Shown piece after piece: positions 53,811 through 62,967 of a stretch of 64,000 bases of DNA. Under the pieces are notes generated by a model that was not told the origin of the DNA, made no database searches, and saw nothing but the letters and a program-made list of their open reading frames with translations. Every line of letters begins with the position of its first letter. Position 1 is the first letter of the stretch. Both the position numbers and the translations under genes were made by a program. The DNA is from Candidatus Oxydemutatoraceae bacterium (GTDB lineage: Bacteria; Pseudomonadota; Gammaproteobacteria; Poriferisulfidales; Oxydemutatoraceae): positions 1,376,001-1,440,000 of the forward strand of contig CBDCOZ010000003.1 of the NCBI GenBank assembly GCA_965220085.1. The letters are read 5' to 3'.

Positions 53811-55718
53811 ATGAACAAGACAACATTTCGCGATAAACGCCGCAAGCGGCGCGGGCAGAAGAAGGGCCGCGCGGTTGATCCCGTCGCATACAAAGAAGTT
53901 TGCGACTTGCTCGGCGAGCGTCCGCTTCGGCGCGATCTTTTGATCGAGTATCTGCATTTGATACAGGATGGTTACGGGCATATCAGCGCGGCGCACATCG
54001 CCGCTCTGGCGGAGGCGATGGGGTTGGCGACGACCGAGGTCTATGAGGTCGCGAGTTTCTATCATCATTTCGATATCGTCCGCGAGGGCGGTGCGCCGCC
54101 GCCGGCGCTGACCGTGCGGGTGTGCGACTCTATTACGTGTGAGATGTACGGGGCGGAGGCGCTGTTGCAAGATCTCGGCGCGGTGTGCGGGGATGGGGTC
54201 AGGATTCAACGGGTTCCTTGCGTCGGGCGGTGCGAGACGCCGCCGGTGGCGGTCGTCGGCACACGTCCGGTGTGCCATGCGACGACGGCTACGGTGCGGG
54301 AGGCGGTCGAGCGTGTCGGGGCGAGCGCTCCCCCTCTCCGGCGCAGCCAAGCTGCGCCGACTCTCCCGCGAGGGGAGAGTGTTTCCGACTCTCCGGCGAG
54401 CAAAGCTCGCCGACTCTCCCGCGAGGGGGAGAGTGTTTCCGAGCGAGCGCTCCCCCTCTCCGGCGAGCAAAGCTCGCCGACTCTCCCGCGAGGGGAGAGT
54501 GTTTCCGAGCGAGCGCTCCGCCTCTCCGGCGAGCAAAGCTCGCCGACTCTCGCGGCGGACGCGCGCGCGGTTTTGTATGATGCCTATTGCGCGGAACACG
54601 ACGGCTATGCTTTGCTGAGGCGCTTGTGCGCGGGCGAGACGACGGGCACGGAGATTATCGCGCGGTTGGAGCAGTCGGGTTTGCGCGGCTTGGGCGGCGC
54701 CGGGTTTCCCGTCGGGCGCAAGTGGAAGATCGTAGCGGGGCAAGACGCGCCGCGTTATATGGCGGTCAATATCGACGAGGGCGAGCCGGGCACGTTTAAG
54801 GATCGGCATTATCTGGAGCGCGACCCGCACCGCTTTCTGGAGGGAATGTTGATTGCGGCGGAGGCAGTCGGCGCCGAACGGGTTTATATCTATCTGCGCG
54901 ATGAGTACGCCGCTGTCCGCGCACTGTTGGAGGAGGAGCTGGCGCGTCTGCGGGCGAACCCGCCCGCCCCGCTGCCGGCGATTGAGTTGCGGCGCGGCGC
55001 GGGGGCGTATATCTGCGGCGAGGAGTCGGCGATGATTGAGTCTATCGAAGGCAAGCGCGGGATGCCGCGTCTGCGCCCGCCGTTTGTCGCCGAAGTCGGT
55101 CTGTTCGGGCGACCGACGCTGGAGCATAACATGGAGACTTTGTATTGGGTGCGGGAGATCATCGATAAGGGCGCCGAGTGGTTTGCATCGCACGGGCGCA
55201 ACGGGCGGGTCGGCCTGCGTTCGTTTTCTGTCAGCGGGCGGGTCAAGAAACCCGGGGTGCATCTGGCGCCGGCCGGTATCACGGTGACCGAGTTAATAGA
55301 CGAGCATTGCGGCGGCATGCAAGACGGTCATGCGTTCTATGCGTATTTCCCGGGCGGCGCGTCGGGCGGTATCTTGCCGGCATCGATGGGCGATATTCCG
55401 CTGGACTTTGACACGCTCAACGAGCACGGGTGCTTTATCGGGTCGGCGGCGGTCATCGTGCTGTCCGATAAGGACAGCGCGCGGGCGGCGGCGGTCAATG
55501 CGATGCGGTTTTTCTCGCATGAGTCTTGCGGCAAGTGCACGCCTTGTCGGGTCGGCACGGCGAAGGCGGTTAAGTTGATGGAGAAACCCGCATGGGATGT
55601 CGGGCTGATGAACGAGTTGTCGCAGGTGATGGCGGATGCGTCTATCTGCGGGCTCGGACAGGCGGCGCCGAACCCGCTGCAATGTGTGATTAAATATTTC
55701 CCTGAGGAGCTTGATTAG
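53811..55718 (+). CDS. NAD-dependent formate dehydrogenase beta subunit (NuoE-like + NuoF-like fusion)
   Basis: RVCDSITC and CVGRC (2Fe-2S), SGLRGLGGAGFP.G.KW, NIDEGEPGTFKDR, GAGAYICGEESA, ESCGKCTPCRVG and SICGLGQ. Confidence 0.95.
   Translation: MNKTTFRDKRRKRRGQKKGRAVDPVAYKEVCDLLGERPLRRDLLIEYLHLIQDGYGHISAAHIAALAEAMGLATTEVYEVASFYHHFDIVREGGAPPPALTVRVCDSITCEMYGAEALLQDLGAVCGDGVRIQRVPCVGRCETPPVAVVGTRPVCHATTATVREAVERVGASAPPLRRSQAAPTLPRGESVSDSPASKARRLSREGESVSERALPLSGEQSSPTLPRGESVSERALRLSGEQSSPTLAADARAVLYDAYCAEHDGYALLRRLCAGETTGTEIIARLEQSGLRGLGGAGFPVGRKWKIVAGQDAPRYMAVNIDEGEPGTFKDRHYLERDPHRFLEGMLIAAEAVGAERVYIYLRDEYAAVRALLEEELARLRANPPAPLPAIELRRGAGAYICGEESAMIESIEGKRGMPRLRPPFVAEVGLFGRPTLEHNMETLYWVREIIDKGAEWFASHGRNGRVGLRSFSVSGRVKKPGVHLAPAGITVTELIDEHCGGMQDGHAFYAYFPGGASGGILPASMGDIPLDFDTLNEHGCFIGSAAVIVLSDKDSARAAAVNAMRFFSHESCGKCTPCRVGTAKAVKLMEKPAWDVGLMNELSQVMADASICGLGQAAPNPLQCVIKYFPEELD
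54321..54552. repeat. REP-like palindromic tandem units inserted in frame in the FDH beta gene
   Basis: CCGACTCTC starts at 54357, 54410, 54477 and 54543. Hairpins are ACTCTCCC-GCGAG-GGGAGAGT and CGGCGAGC-AAA-GCTCGCCG. Confidence 0.9.
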
Positions 55719-55733
55719 AGGAGCTTGATTAGA

Positions 55734-58490
55734 ATGGCAACAAACCCGGAATACGAAGCGATGACCGTTGACTTCTCTCTCAACGGCGAGACGGTGACGG
55801 CCTATGCGGGGGAGACGATCCTGCAGGCGGCCAAACGCGCCGGCGTCAAAATCCCGCACCTGTGTTATGCGAAAAACTTGCGCCCCGACGGCAACTGCCG
55901 CGCGTGCATGGTGGAGATCGAGGGCGAGCGCGTGTTGCAACCGGCTTGCGCGCGCGCGCCGACGCCCGATATGAAAGTGAACAGCAATAGCGAGCGTGTG
56001 TTGCACTCGCAACGGATGGCGCTGGAGTTGTTGCAGAGCGATATGGCACAGCGCAAATATACGCTGCGCAACAAGCTGGACTTTTGGTCGCAGAAGTTGG
56101 ATGTCGGCTTGCCGCGGTTTGAGAGTCGCGCCAATCCGGCGGCGGATAATTCGCACCCCGCTATCAGTGTCAATCTGGATGCTTGCATTCAATGTACGCG
56201 TTGCGTGCGGGCGTGTCGCGAGGAACAGAACAACGATGTCATCGGTTACGCGCGGCGCGGCGCGGCGTCCGCGATCGTGTTTGATATTGCCGATGCGATG
56301 GGCGAAAGCAGTTGCGTCGGCTGCGGCGAGTGCGTGCAGGTTTGTCCGACCGGCGCGCTGATGCCGGCGGGCGACGCCGGTTTGCAAGAGATCGATAAGA
56401 CGGTCGATTCGGTCTGCCCTTATTGCGGGGTCGGTTGTCTGCTGACGTATCACGTCAAGGACGACAAGATCGCGTATGTGACCGGGCGCGACGGGCCGTC
56501 CAATCACGGGCGGCTGTGTGTCAAGGGACGTTACGGATTTGATTATGCGCATAATCCCGAGCGGCTGACGCGACCGCTGATGCGGGTCGAGGGCGTCGTC
56601 AAGCGCGCCGATATAGAGAACCTGACGGCGGCGGATGTCGGCGCCATGTTCCGCGAAGTCGGCTGGGACGAGGCGCTGGATGCGGCGGCGAACGGTCTGC
56701 GGCGCATCCGCGAGCGCGACGGACGCAATGCGCTGGCCGGGTTCGGTTCGGCCAAGGGTTCCAATGAGGAGGCGTATCTGTTTCAGAAACTGGTGCGCAC
56801 CGGTTTCGGCAGCAACAATGTGGATCATTGTACGCGGCTGTGCCATGCGTCTTCGGTCGCCGCCCTGTTGGAAGGGCTCGGTTCCGGCGCGGTGTCCAAT
56901 CAGGTGCGCGATGTTGCGGAGGCTGAGGTGATTGTCGTAATCGGCGCCAACCCGACTGAGAATCATCCGGTGGCGGCAACCTTTATCAAGAATGCGTCGC
57001 GAGCGGGCAAGACTTTGATTGTGATGGACCCGCGCCGCACCGAGTTGGCGCGACACGCCGATTACTTTTTGCAGTTTAAGCCGGATACCGATGTGGCAAT
57101 GCTTAATGCGATTATGCATTCCATCCTCAAGCAGGGTTTGATTGACGAGGAGTTCATCAAGACCCGCACCGAAGGCTTTGACGCGTTGCGGGCGCACCTT
57201 GAGGATTACGCGCCGGAGAAAGTGTCTTCGGTCTGCGGCATCCCCGCCGAGACTTTGCGCGAGGTGGCGCGCTTGTATGCCTCGTCGGGCGGATCGATTA
57301 TCTTTTGGGGCATGGGTATCTCGCAACATATCCACGGCACCGATAACGCGCGTTGCCTTATCGCGCTGGCGTTGATGAGCGGGCAGATTGGGCGGCCGGG
57401 TACCGGCTTGCACCCGCTGCGCGGGCAGAATAATGTGCAGGGGGCGTCCGATGTCGGCTTGATTCCGATGGTGTTTCCCGATTATCAGCGGGTCGATGAC
57501 GCGCGGGCGCGGGCGCGGTTTGAAAAGTTGTGGGGCGTAAAGCTGGATGCTGAGCCCGGACTGACGGTGGTGGAAATTATGCGCGCGGTTACCGATGACA
57601 AGATTCGCGGTATGTATGTGATGGGGGAAAACCCGGCGATGTCCGACCCGAACCTGCAACACGCGCGGGCGGCGCTGGCGAAACTTGAGTGCCTCGTCGT
57701 GCAGGATATTTTTATGACCGAGACCGCCCTCTTCGCCGATATCATTCTGCCCGCTTCGGCGTTTCCCGAGAAGACCGGAACGTTTACCAACACCGACCGA
57801 CGGGTGCAGCTCGGGCGGCAGGCGATCAGCCCGCCGGGTGAGGCGCGACAGGATTTGGATATTATTCAGCAGCTGGCGCAACGGCTGGGGCTTGATTGGG
57901 ATTATGCCGGGCCGCGCGAGGTGTATGCCGAGATGCAACAGGGCATGGACAGCATTAAGGGAATCAGTTGGGAGCGGTTGCGCGAGGCCGACTCGGTGAC
58001 CTACCCTTGCGACGATGCGGATGACCCCGGTCAGCCGGTGCTGTTTCGGGAAAGTTTTCCGACCGCCGACGGCCATGGCAAGTTTGTGCCGGCGCCGTTT
58101 ACGCAGGCCGACGAGTTGCCCGATGCCGAGTATCCGTATGTGCTGATTACCGGGCGGCAACTGGAGCACTGGCATACCGGCGCGATGACCCGCCGCGCGA
58201 GCGTGCTCGATGCGATAGAGCCGATACCGGTCGCGTCGCTGCACCCCGACGACCTCGCCGGACTCGGCGTGACCGCCGGCGATGCGGTGCGCTTGATCTC
58301 GCGGCGCGGCGCGGTGGAGTGCCATGCGCGCGCCGACCGCGGTTTGATTCCGGGACAGGTGTTCATGCCGTTCTGCTATCACGAGGCGGCGGCCAACTTG
58401 CTGACCAACGAGGCGCTGGACCCGTTCGGCAAGATTCCCGAGTTCAAGTTCTGCGCCTTGAAGCTGGAAGCGGCGACCGCGCCCGCATGA
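55734..58490 (+). CDS. fdhF: Formate dehydrogenase alpha subunit (Mo/W-bis-PGD, Cys ligand)
   Basis: IPHLC, GNCRACMVE, CIQCTRCVRAC, CVGCGECVQVCP, CPYCGVGC, LCVKG, active site DHCTRLCHAS, PLRGQNNVQG and KIPEFK. ATG 55734 follows GAGGAG. Confidence 0.96.
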   Translation: MATNPEYEAMTVDFSLNGETVTAYAGETILQAAKRAGVKIPHLCYAKNLRPDGNCRACMVEIEGERVLQPACARAPTPDMKVNSNSERVLHSQRMALELLQSDMAQRKYTLRNKLDFWSQKLDVGLPRFESRANPAADNSHPAISVNLDACIQCTRCVRACREEQNNDVIGYARRGAASAIVFDIADAMGESSCVGCGECVQVCPTGALMPAGDAGLQEIDKTVDSVCPYCGVGCLLTYHVKDDKIAYVTGRDGPSNHGRLCVKGRYGFDYAHNPERLTRPLMRVEGVVKRADIENLTAADVGAMFREVGWDEALDAAANGLRRIRERDGRNALAGFGSAKGSNEEAYLFQKLVRTGFGSNNVDHCTRLCHASSVAALLEGLGSGAVSNQVRDVAEAEVIVVIGANPTENHPVAATFIKNASRAGKTLIVMDPRRTELARHADYFLQFKPDTDVAMLNAIMHSILKQGLIDEEFIKTRTEGFDALRAHLEDYAPEKVSSVCGIPAETLREVARLYASSGGSIIFWGMGISQHIHGTDNARCLIALALMSGQIGRPGTGLHPLRGQNNVQGASDVGLIPMVFPDYQRVDDARARARFEKLWGVKLDAEPGLTVVEIMRAVTDDKIRGMYVMGENPAMSDPNLQHARAALAKLECLVVQDIFMTETALFADIILPASAFPEKTGTFTNTDRRVQLGRQAISPPGEARQDLDIIQQLAQRLGLDWDYAGPREVYAEMQQGMDSIKGISWERLREADSVTYPCDDADDPGQPVLFRESFPTADGHGKFVPAPFTQADELPDAEYPYVLITGRQLEHWHTGAMTRRASVLDAIEPIPVASLHPDDLAGLGVTAGDAVRLISRRGAVECHARADRGLIPGQVFMPFCYHEAAANLLTNEALDPFGKIPEFKFCALKLEAATAPA

Positions 58491-58492
58491 AC

Positions 58493-58772
58493 ACTCTCCC
58501 CCTCGCGGAAAGCGCTTGCGCCAAGCAACGCTCTCCCCTTGCGGGGGAGTCGCTCCGCCGACTAATATCCCTTATGGGAAAGTTTCTGGCTTACGCAGAG
58601 TCCGAGCCACATAAGCGCAGCGAAGGACGATGCGGCAAGGGGGAAAGCAGACTTGCGCCGAAAAAGACGGGAGCGCGCCCCCTCTCCGGCAACCTGCGGG
58701 CTTCGCCCTTGGTTCGCCGACTCCCCCGCGAGGGGGGAGTGTTAGTTAGCGCGCGGGTTTCCCCCTCTCCGA
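58493..58772. repeat. REP-like palindromic element of the same family as the insert in the beta subunit
   Basis: CTCTCCCCTTGCGGGGGAG, GAGCGCGCCCCCTCTCCGGC and CGCCGACTCCCCCGCGAGGGGGGAGTG. Related hairpins occur at ~8925, ~53705 and ~59290. Confidence 0.7.
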
Positions 58773-58855
58773 TGCGCTCGGTTTGTCAAGCCATTGCTGC
58801 CCCTTGATGCCCGACGGTTGTATTAGAAGCGCGATTTGGTCATAATACTTCCGCT

Positions 58856-59170
58856 ATGCCATTCAAAGTTACCTTTATCAATCAGGGCGAACTGTTCGAA
58901 GTGTATGTCCGCAAGATTTATCCGTCGGATATGTTCGGCTTCATCACGCTGGAGGAGTTTGATTTCAGCGACAGCGGTTTGGTGGTAGACCCGTCCGAGG
59001 AGCGGCTGAAGAGCGAGTTTGAAAATGTCGAGCGATGCTATATCCCGATGCACAACATCGTGCGGGTGGACGAAGTGAGGGAGAAAGGCGTCGCCAAGAT
59101 TACCGAGATTGAAGCCGACAAAGTGGTGAAGCTCCCGCAGTCCATTTACACCGACGCAAACAATAGCTGA
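58856..59170 (+). CDS. DUF1820 family protein
   Basis: FKVTFINQGELFEVYVR...FGFI...VVDPSEERLKSEF..V.R.YIPMH..VRVDEV pattern; 104 aa. Confidence 0.85.
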   Translation: MPFKVTFINQGELFEVYVRKIYPSDMFGFITLEEFDFSDSGLVVDPSEERLKSEFENVERCYIPMHNIVRVDEVREKGVAKITEIEADKVVKLPQSIYTDANNS

Positions 59171-59187
59171 TTTCTTGACAAACTTAC

Positions 59188-59275
59188 GGAGAGATGGCCG
59201 AGCGGTCGAAGGCGCGCGCTTGGAAAGCGCGTATACGGTTCTCCCGTATCGAGGGTTCGAATCCCTCTCTCTCCG
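59188..59275 (+). tRNA. tRNA-Ser(GGA)
   Basis: Acceptor stem GGAGAGA/TCTCTCC, anticodon arm CGCGC-TTGGAAA-GCGCG, long variable arm, T loop GGTTCGAATCC and discriminator G; CCA is not encoded. Confidence 0.97.
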
Positions 59276-59322
59276 CCGGATTTTAGAGGCGCCCTCCCCT
59301 TGCGGGAGCGTCCGAAAATGAT

Positions 59323-60024
59323 ATGACATTAGGCCGACTCAAAAAGCAACTGGAAGAAGTCAAAGCGCTTGGCTTTGTTAAGACACGCCGCAAAGGCGAT
59401 ACCGGTGTCGGCAAAACCCTTGAAGACCTCCTTGGGCTTCGGGAAAATAGCATTCCGCTTCCCGACATCCGCGGGGTTGCGGAACTCCGAGCGTACCGCA
59501 AGCGCGCGGCTCCCATGCTCACGCTTTTTACTCTTGAACCGCAACCGCAAGGCGGCGATCGCGACAGAGCGCTGCTGGACAACTTTGGATATTCAAAGCG
59601 CAAAAATGATCGCGCCAAAGAATTGCGCAGCACATTGTCTTGCAAGCGGTATAACAAACACGGGCTCAAACTCAGAGCGGAGAAGAACAAGCTGCGCGTT
59701 GTCGGCAGAGGAAAGCGTTTGAATATCTATTGGGACACCGATGAGTTGGAGAAAAGGTTTGCAGCGAAACTCCCCGCGCTTGTCTATGCGTTGGCAGACT
59801 CAAAGAGAGTCAAAGGTGTCGAGTGCTTTCACTTCAATGAGGCATACTTTCTCAAAGGCTTTGACTTTGCGCATTTCGAAAGCATGGCGAGAAAAGACGC
59901 AATCGCGGTTGACTTCAGGATGTATTATCGCGCGAACGGATCAGTGCGCAATCATGGCACCGGCTTTAGGGTCAAAATCAAACAACTCTATGATTGCTTT
60001 GAGGAAAGGGTGAAACTCATTTAG
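59323..60024 (+). CDS. MvaI/BcnI-family restriction endonuclease-like protein
   Basis: R.GDTGVGKTLEDLLG..ENSI.LPD, LTLFT.EP and RNHGTGFR motifs; converges on a methyltransferase tail. Confidence 0.85.
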   Translation: MTLGRLKKQLEEVKALGFVKTRRKGDTGVGKTLEDLLGLRENSIPLPDIRGVAELRAYRKRAAPMLTLFTLEPQPQGGDRDRALLDNFGYSKRKNDRAKELRSTLSCKRYNKHGLKLRAEKNKLRVVGRGKRLNIYWDTDELEKRFAAKLPALVYALADSKRVKGVECFHFNEAYFLKGFDFAHFESMARKDAIAVDFRMYYRANGSVRNHGTGFRVKIKQLYDCFEERVKLI

Positions 60025-60255
60025 TTTTTCTCAGGATAACAATACTTTCTTTGCGCATGGTCTCCTCCAATGCGCCGATTATGTTTGTCGGCGAGTTTTT
60101 AAGCGGCATTCTTTTGCCCGGAATATTCCGCACAAAAATGTCGTTGCAAGAGAAGCCGATATTTTCCCCGAGCTCCGCCACGATGTAGTCGGTCGGCATG
60201 CGGACTTGTTTGACGAGTCGATTGCCAATCACAATAGCGAAATACCGCGCGCTTC
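60017..60255 (-). pseudogene. C-terminal remnant of a DNA methyltransferase (M.MvaI-like)
   Basis: YFAIVIGNRLVKQVRMPTD...RNIPGKRMPLKNSPTN...ETMRKESIVILRK resembles the end of m4C MTases; catalytic and SAM-binding motifs are absent. Confidence 0.7.
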
Positions 60256-60264
60256 TGCTTTGTT

Positions 60265-60490
60265 CCGACATATCGGAAAGAGCGAGAGGTTCGCGGGTTG
60301 CGGTCGTATGCGGTTGGTTTCTCGATAAAGCCTTTTTAGTGTCGCTTCGTTATCATCTATAATCGCTGACGACAGTTTGCCCGTTGTCCGCCGTTTCCTG
60401 TTTGCGAATGACAACAATGTCCCCGTCAAAAATACCTTCGTCAATCATGCTATTCCCGCGCACCCGGAGCGCATAGCGAGAACCTCTTGT
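60265..60490 (-). pseudogene. lexA: LexA-like S24 peptidase domain remnant, frameshifted
   Basis: [36 protein letters not shown], then after a +1 shift [26 protein letters not shown]; no DNA-binding domain. Confidence 0.8.
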
Positions 60491-60673
60491 TGTTTCTTGG
60501 CAATCATTTGCTAACATTCAAATTTGTTTCAAATTCTCTGTTAGTATAGTAAGCGCCTTGAAAGTGCGCAAATAGCGATGCCTACAGAGAAGTATGCCAC
60601 AATATCGCACTAGTCTCTCTGCGAGAACATAGAATTGGCAACCATTACGAAAACAGAAAATATGGGCAATAAC

Positions 60674-61681
60674 ATGATGAAACAACGTGCGCCTTGCAAT
60701 CGCACCATCTGCCTGAGCGAGAGCGAGCAAGCAAAATACAAACAAAGGCTTATCAAAGTCGAGGCGCCGGTCAGCGCTGATACGATTCTGAATAAAACGA
60801 TATGTCAGGATTCTTTTGACGTTCTGGACTATTTGCCCGACAAGTTTATTGATATTGTTTTTGTCGACCCGCCCTACAATCTCAACAAGGCATTCAACCT
60901 TACAGCATTTAAGAAAATGAACCCGGAGGAATACGAACAATGGCTTGATTCTTGGGTGAGCAAGATGGCACGGCTTTTGAAATTAACGGCATCTGTTTAT
61001 ATCTGCGGGGATTGGAAATCATCGGGAGCGATTTTTAATGTCGCCGGCAAGTATTTTGAAATTCAAAATCGCATAACATTTGAGCGGGAGAAAGGTCGCG
61101 GCGCAAAGACAAATTGGAAAAGCAACTCGGAGGATATTTGGTTTTGCACAATGTCAAAAGATTATCACTTTGATGTTGACGCAGTAAAAGTCAAAAGGAA
61201 AGTCATTGCGCCGTATCGCGATGTTTCCGGCAATGCAAAAGATTGGAATCAAGAGGAGAATGGCAAATACCGGCTGACACACCCGTCAAACATCTGGACC
61301 GATATTACTATCCCATTCTGGTCTATGCCTGAAAATACCGACCATCCGACACAGAAGCCGGAAAAGCTTGTCGCAAAAATACTTCTTGCAAGTTCTAAGC
61401 CCGGACATGTTGTCTTTGATCCGTTCCTCGGTTCCGGCACTACATCGGTTGTGGCCAAAAAGCTGGGGAGGAACTATGTCGGCATAGAAGTTGATGAGCA
61501 ATACGGTTGCCTTGCCGAGAAGCGACTTGAGATGGCGGACTCGGACAAAACAATTCAGGGATATTCTAATGGCGTCTTTTGGGAACGAAACACACTCAAT
61601 GGAAAGTTAAACGGAGATGGAAAGAACAGAAAGACTGGTAACAAGAATACGGTGCCACTGTCCGATAATAGGCTTCTGTAA
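60674..61681 (+). CDS. Site-specific DNA methyltransferase (N4-C/N6-A, beta class)
   Basis: FVDPPYN precedes HPTQKPEKL and VFDPFLGSGTT. The start is uncertain (60635, 60662 or 60674). Confidence 0.93.
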   Translation: MMKQRAPCNRTICLSESEQAKYKQRLIKVEAPVSADTILNKTICQDSFDVLDYLPDKFIDIVFVDPPYNLNKAFNLTAFKKMNPEEYEQWLDSWVSKMARLLKLTASVYICGDWKSSGAIFNVAGKYFEIQNRITFEREKGRGAKTNWKSNSEDIWFCTMSKDYHFDVDAVKVKRKVIAPYRDVSGNAKDWNQEENGKYRLTHPSNIWTDITIPFWSMPENTDHPTQKPEKLVAKILLASSKPGHVVFDPFLGSGTTSVVAKKLGRNYVGIEVDEQYGCLAEKRLEMADSDKTIQGYSNGVFWERNTLNGKLNGDGKNRKTGNKNTVPLSDNRLL

Positions 61682-62340
61682 TGTCAAAAAGCAAGATTTT
61701 CCACAGCGATACTTATAAAGACCTTGAAAAGAAAATCAAAAGTTTTCTCAATCAGCAAGCAGACTTTCTCTCCTCCGGAACAATCCAGAGTCCTCGCGCT
61801 GTTGGTGACGCAATAGAAAATATCCTCGTTGAAAACTTTGGTGCGATTTTAGGCAATTTATCAAAAGAGTACTCTTCACAATTTGCGCGTCGCGCAATGG
61901 CTGATCTTGCGTTCGCTGATAAAGACGATTTCTACTATGTTGTGGATGTAAAGACCCATCGCCTTGATACAAAGTTTAATATGCCAAATATTACTTCAGT
62001 TGAGAGGCTGTCACGCTTTTATGAGGATGATAAAAATTATTTCTGCATGCTAAAAGTAAATTACAAAGCAGAAAATCTAAAAGTAGTGATTGATAAAGTT
62101 ACCTTTGTCCCGATAGAATTTATTTCTTGGGATTGCCTAACGCTCGGCGCATTAGGGTGGGGACAAATTCAAATTGCTAATGCAAATACGGTTACCCTCA
62201 TGCCAAAGAACAAGCGCAAAAACTGGATGATTGAAATGTGCGATAACCTTCTGGATTTTTACCCTAAGGAAATCCTCAAGATTAACGAGCGGATGGACCA
62301 CTTTGAGAAAGTCAAAAAGTATTGGCAGAATAAAAAATAA
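61681..62340 (+). CDS. Putative type II restriction endonuclease partner of the MTase
   Basis: TAATG overlap with the MTase stop; AD...VDVKT fits a PD-(D/E)xK core; AT-rich; 219 aa. Confidence 0.7.
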   Translation: MSKSKIFHSDTYKDLEKKIKSFLNQQADFLSSGTIQSPRAVGDAIENILVENFGAILGNLSKEYSSQFARRAMADLAFADKDDFYYVVDVKTHRLDTKFNMPNITSVERLSRFYEDDKNYFCMLKVNYKAENLKVVIDKVTFVPIEFISWDCLTLGALGWGQIQIANANTVTLMPKNKRKNWMIEMCDNLLDFYPKEILKINERMDHFEKVKKYWQNKK

Positions 62341-62465
62341 TTTAACAGGGCGGCATGACAAACGAGGCTGACTAAAGCGGAATTTTACAATGCGTATCAC
62401 ATCATCATTAGTTTTCCATCACACGGAAATTTACAAGAAGCCGATTGGTTGCTTCTTAAAGTAAT

Positions 62466-62900
62466 ATGACATTAGGCCGACTCAAAAAGCAACTGGAAGA
62501 AGTCAAAGCGCTCGGTTTTGTTAAAGACACACCTCAAAGAGAAAAAGTTTGCAGCGAAACTCCCCGCGCTTGTCTGTGCGTTGGCAGACTCAAAGAGAGT
62601 CAAAGGTGTCGAGTGCTTTCACTTCAATGAGGCATACTTTCTCAAAGGCTTTGACTTTGCGCATTTCGAAAGCATGGCGAGAAAAGACGCAATCGCGGTT
62701 GACTTCAGGATGTATTATCGCGCGAACGGATCAGTGCGCAATCATGGCGCCGGCTTTAGGGTCAAAATCAAACAACTCTATGATTGCTTTGAGGAAAAGG
62801 CGAAACTCATTTGGTTTTTCTCAGGATAACAATGCTTTCTTTGCGCATGGTCTCCTCCAATGCGCCGATTATGTTTGTCGGCGAGTTTTTAAGCGGCATT
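62466..62900 (+). pseudogene. Internally deleted duplicate of the MvaI/BcnI-like gene plus the MTase tail
   Basis: 62464-~62530 matches 59321-~59388, and ~62540-62900 matches ~59750-60110; about 360 bp are missing. Confidence 0.9.
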
Positions 62901-62967
62901 GGGAAGAGTTTGTGGAATTTGACAAGGCTTTGCATAGTCAACAAAATTTTATACAATCAATATCACC

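Noticed and set aside
56820-56860. Selenocysteine in the FDH alpha subunit
   Set aside because: The ligand codon is TGC (RLCHAS) and there is no in-frame TGA.
53790-58382. Minus-strand ORFs of 490 and 1029 aa
   Set aside because: Antisense to the clearly identifiable FDH beta and alpha genes.
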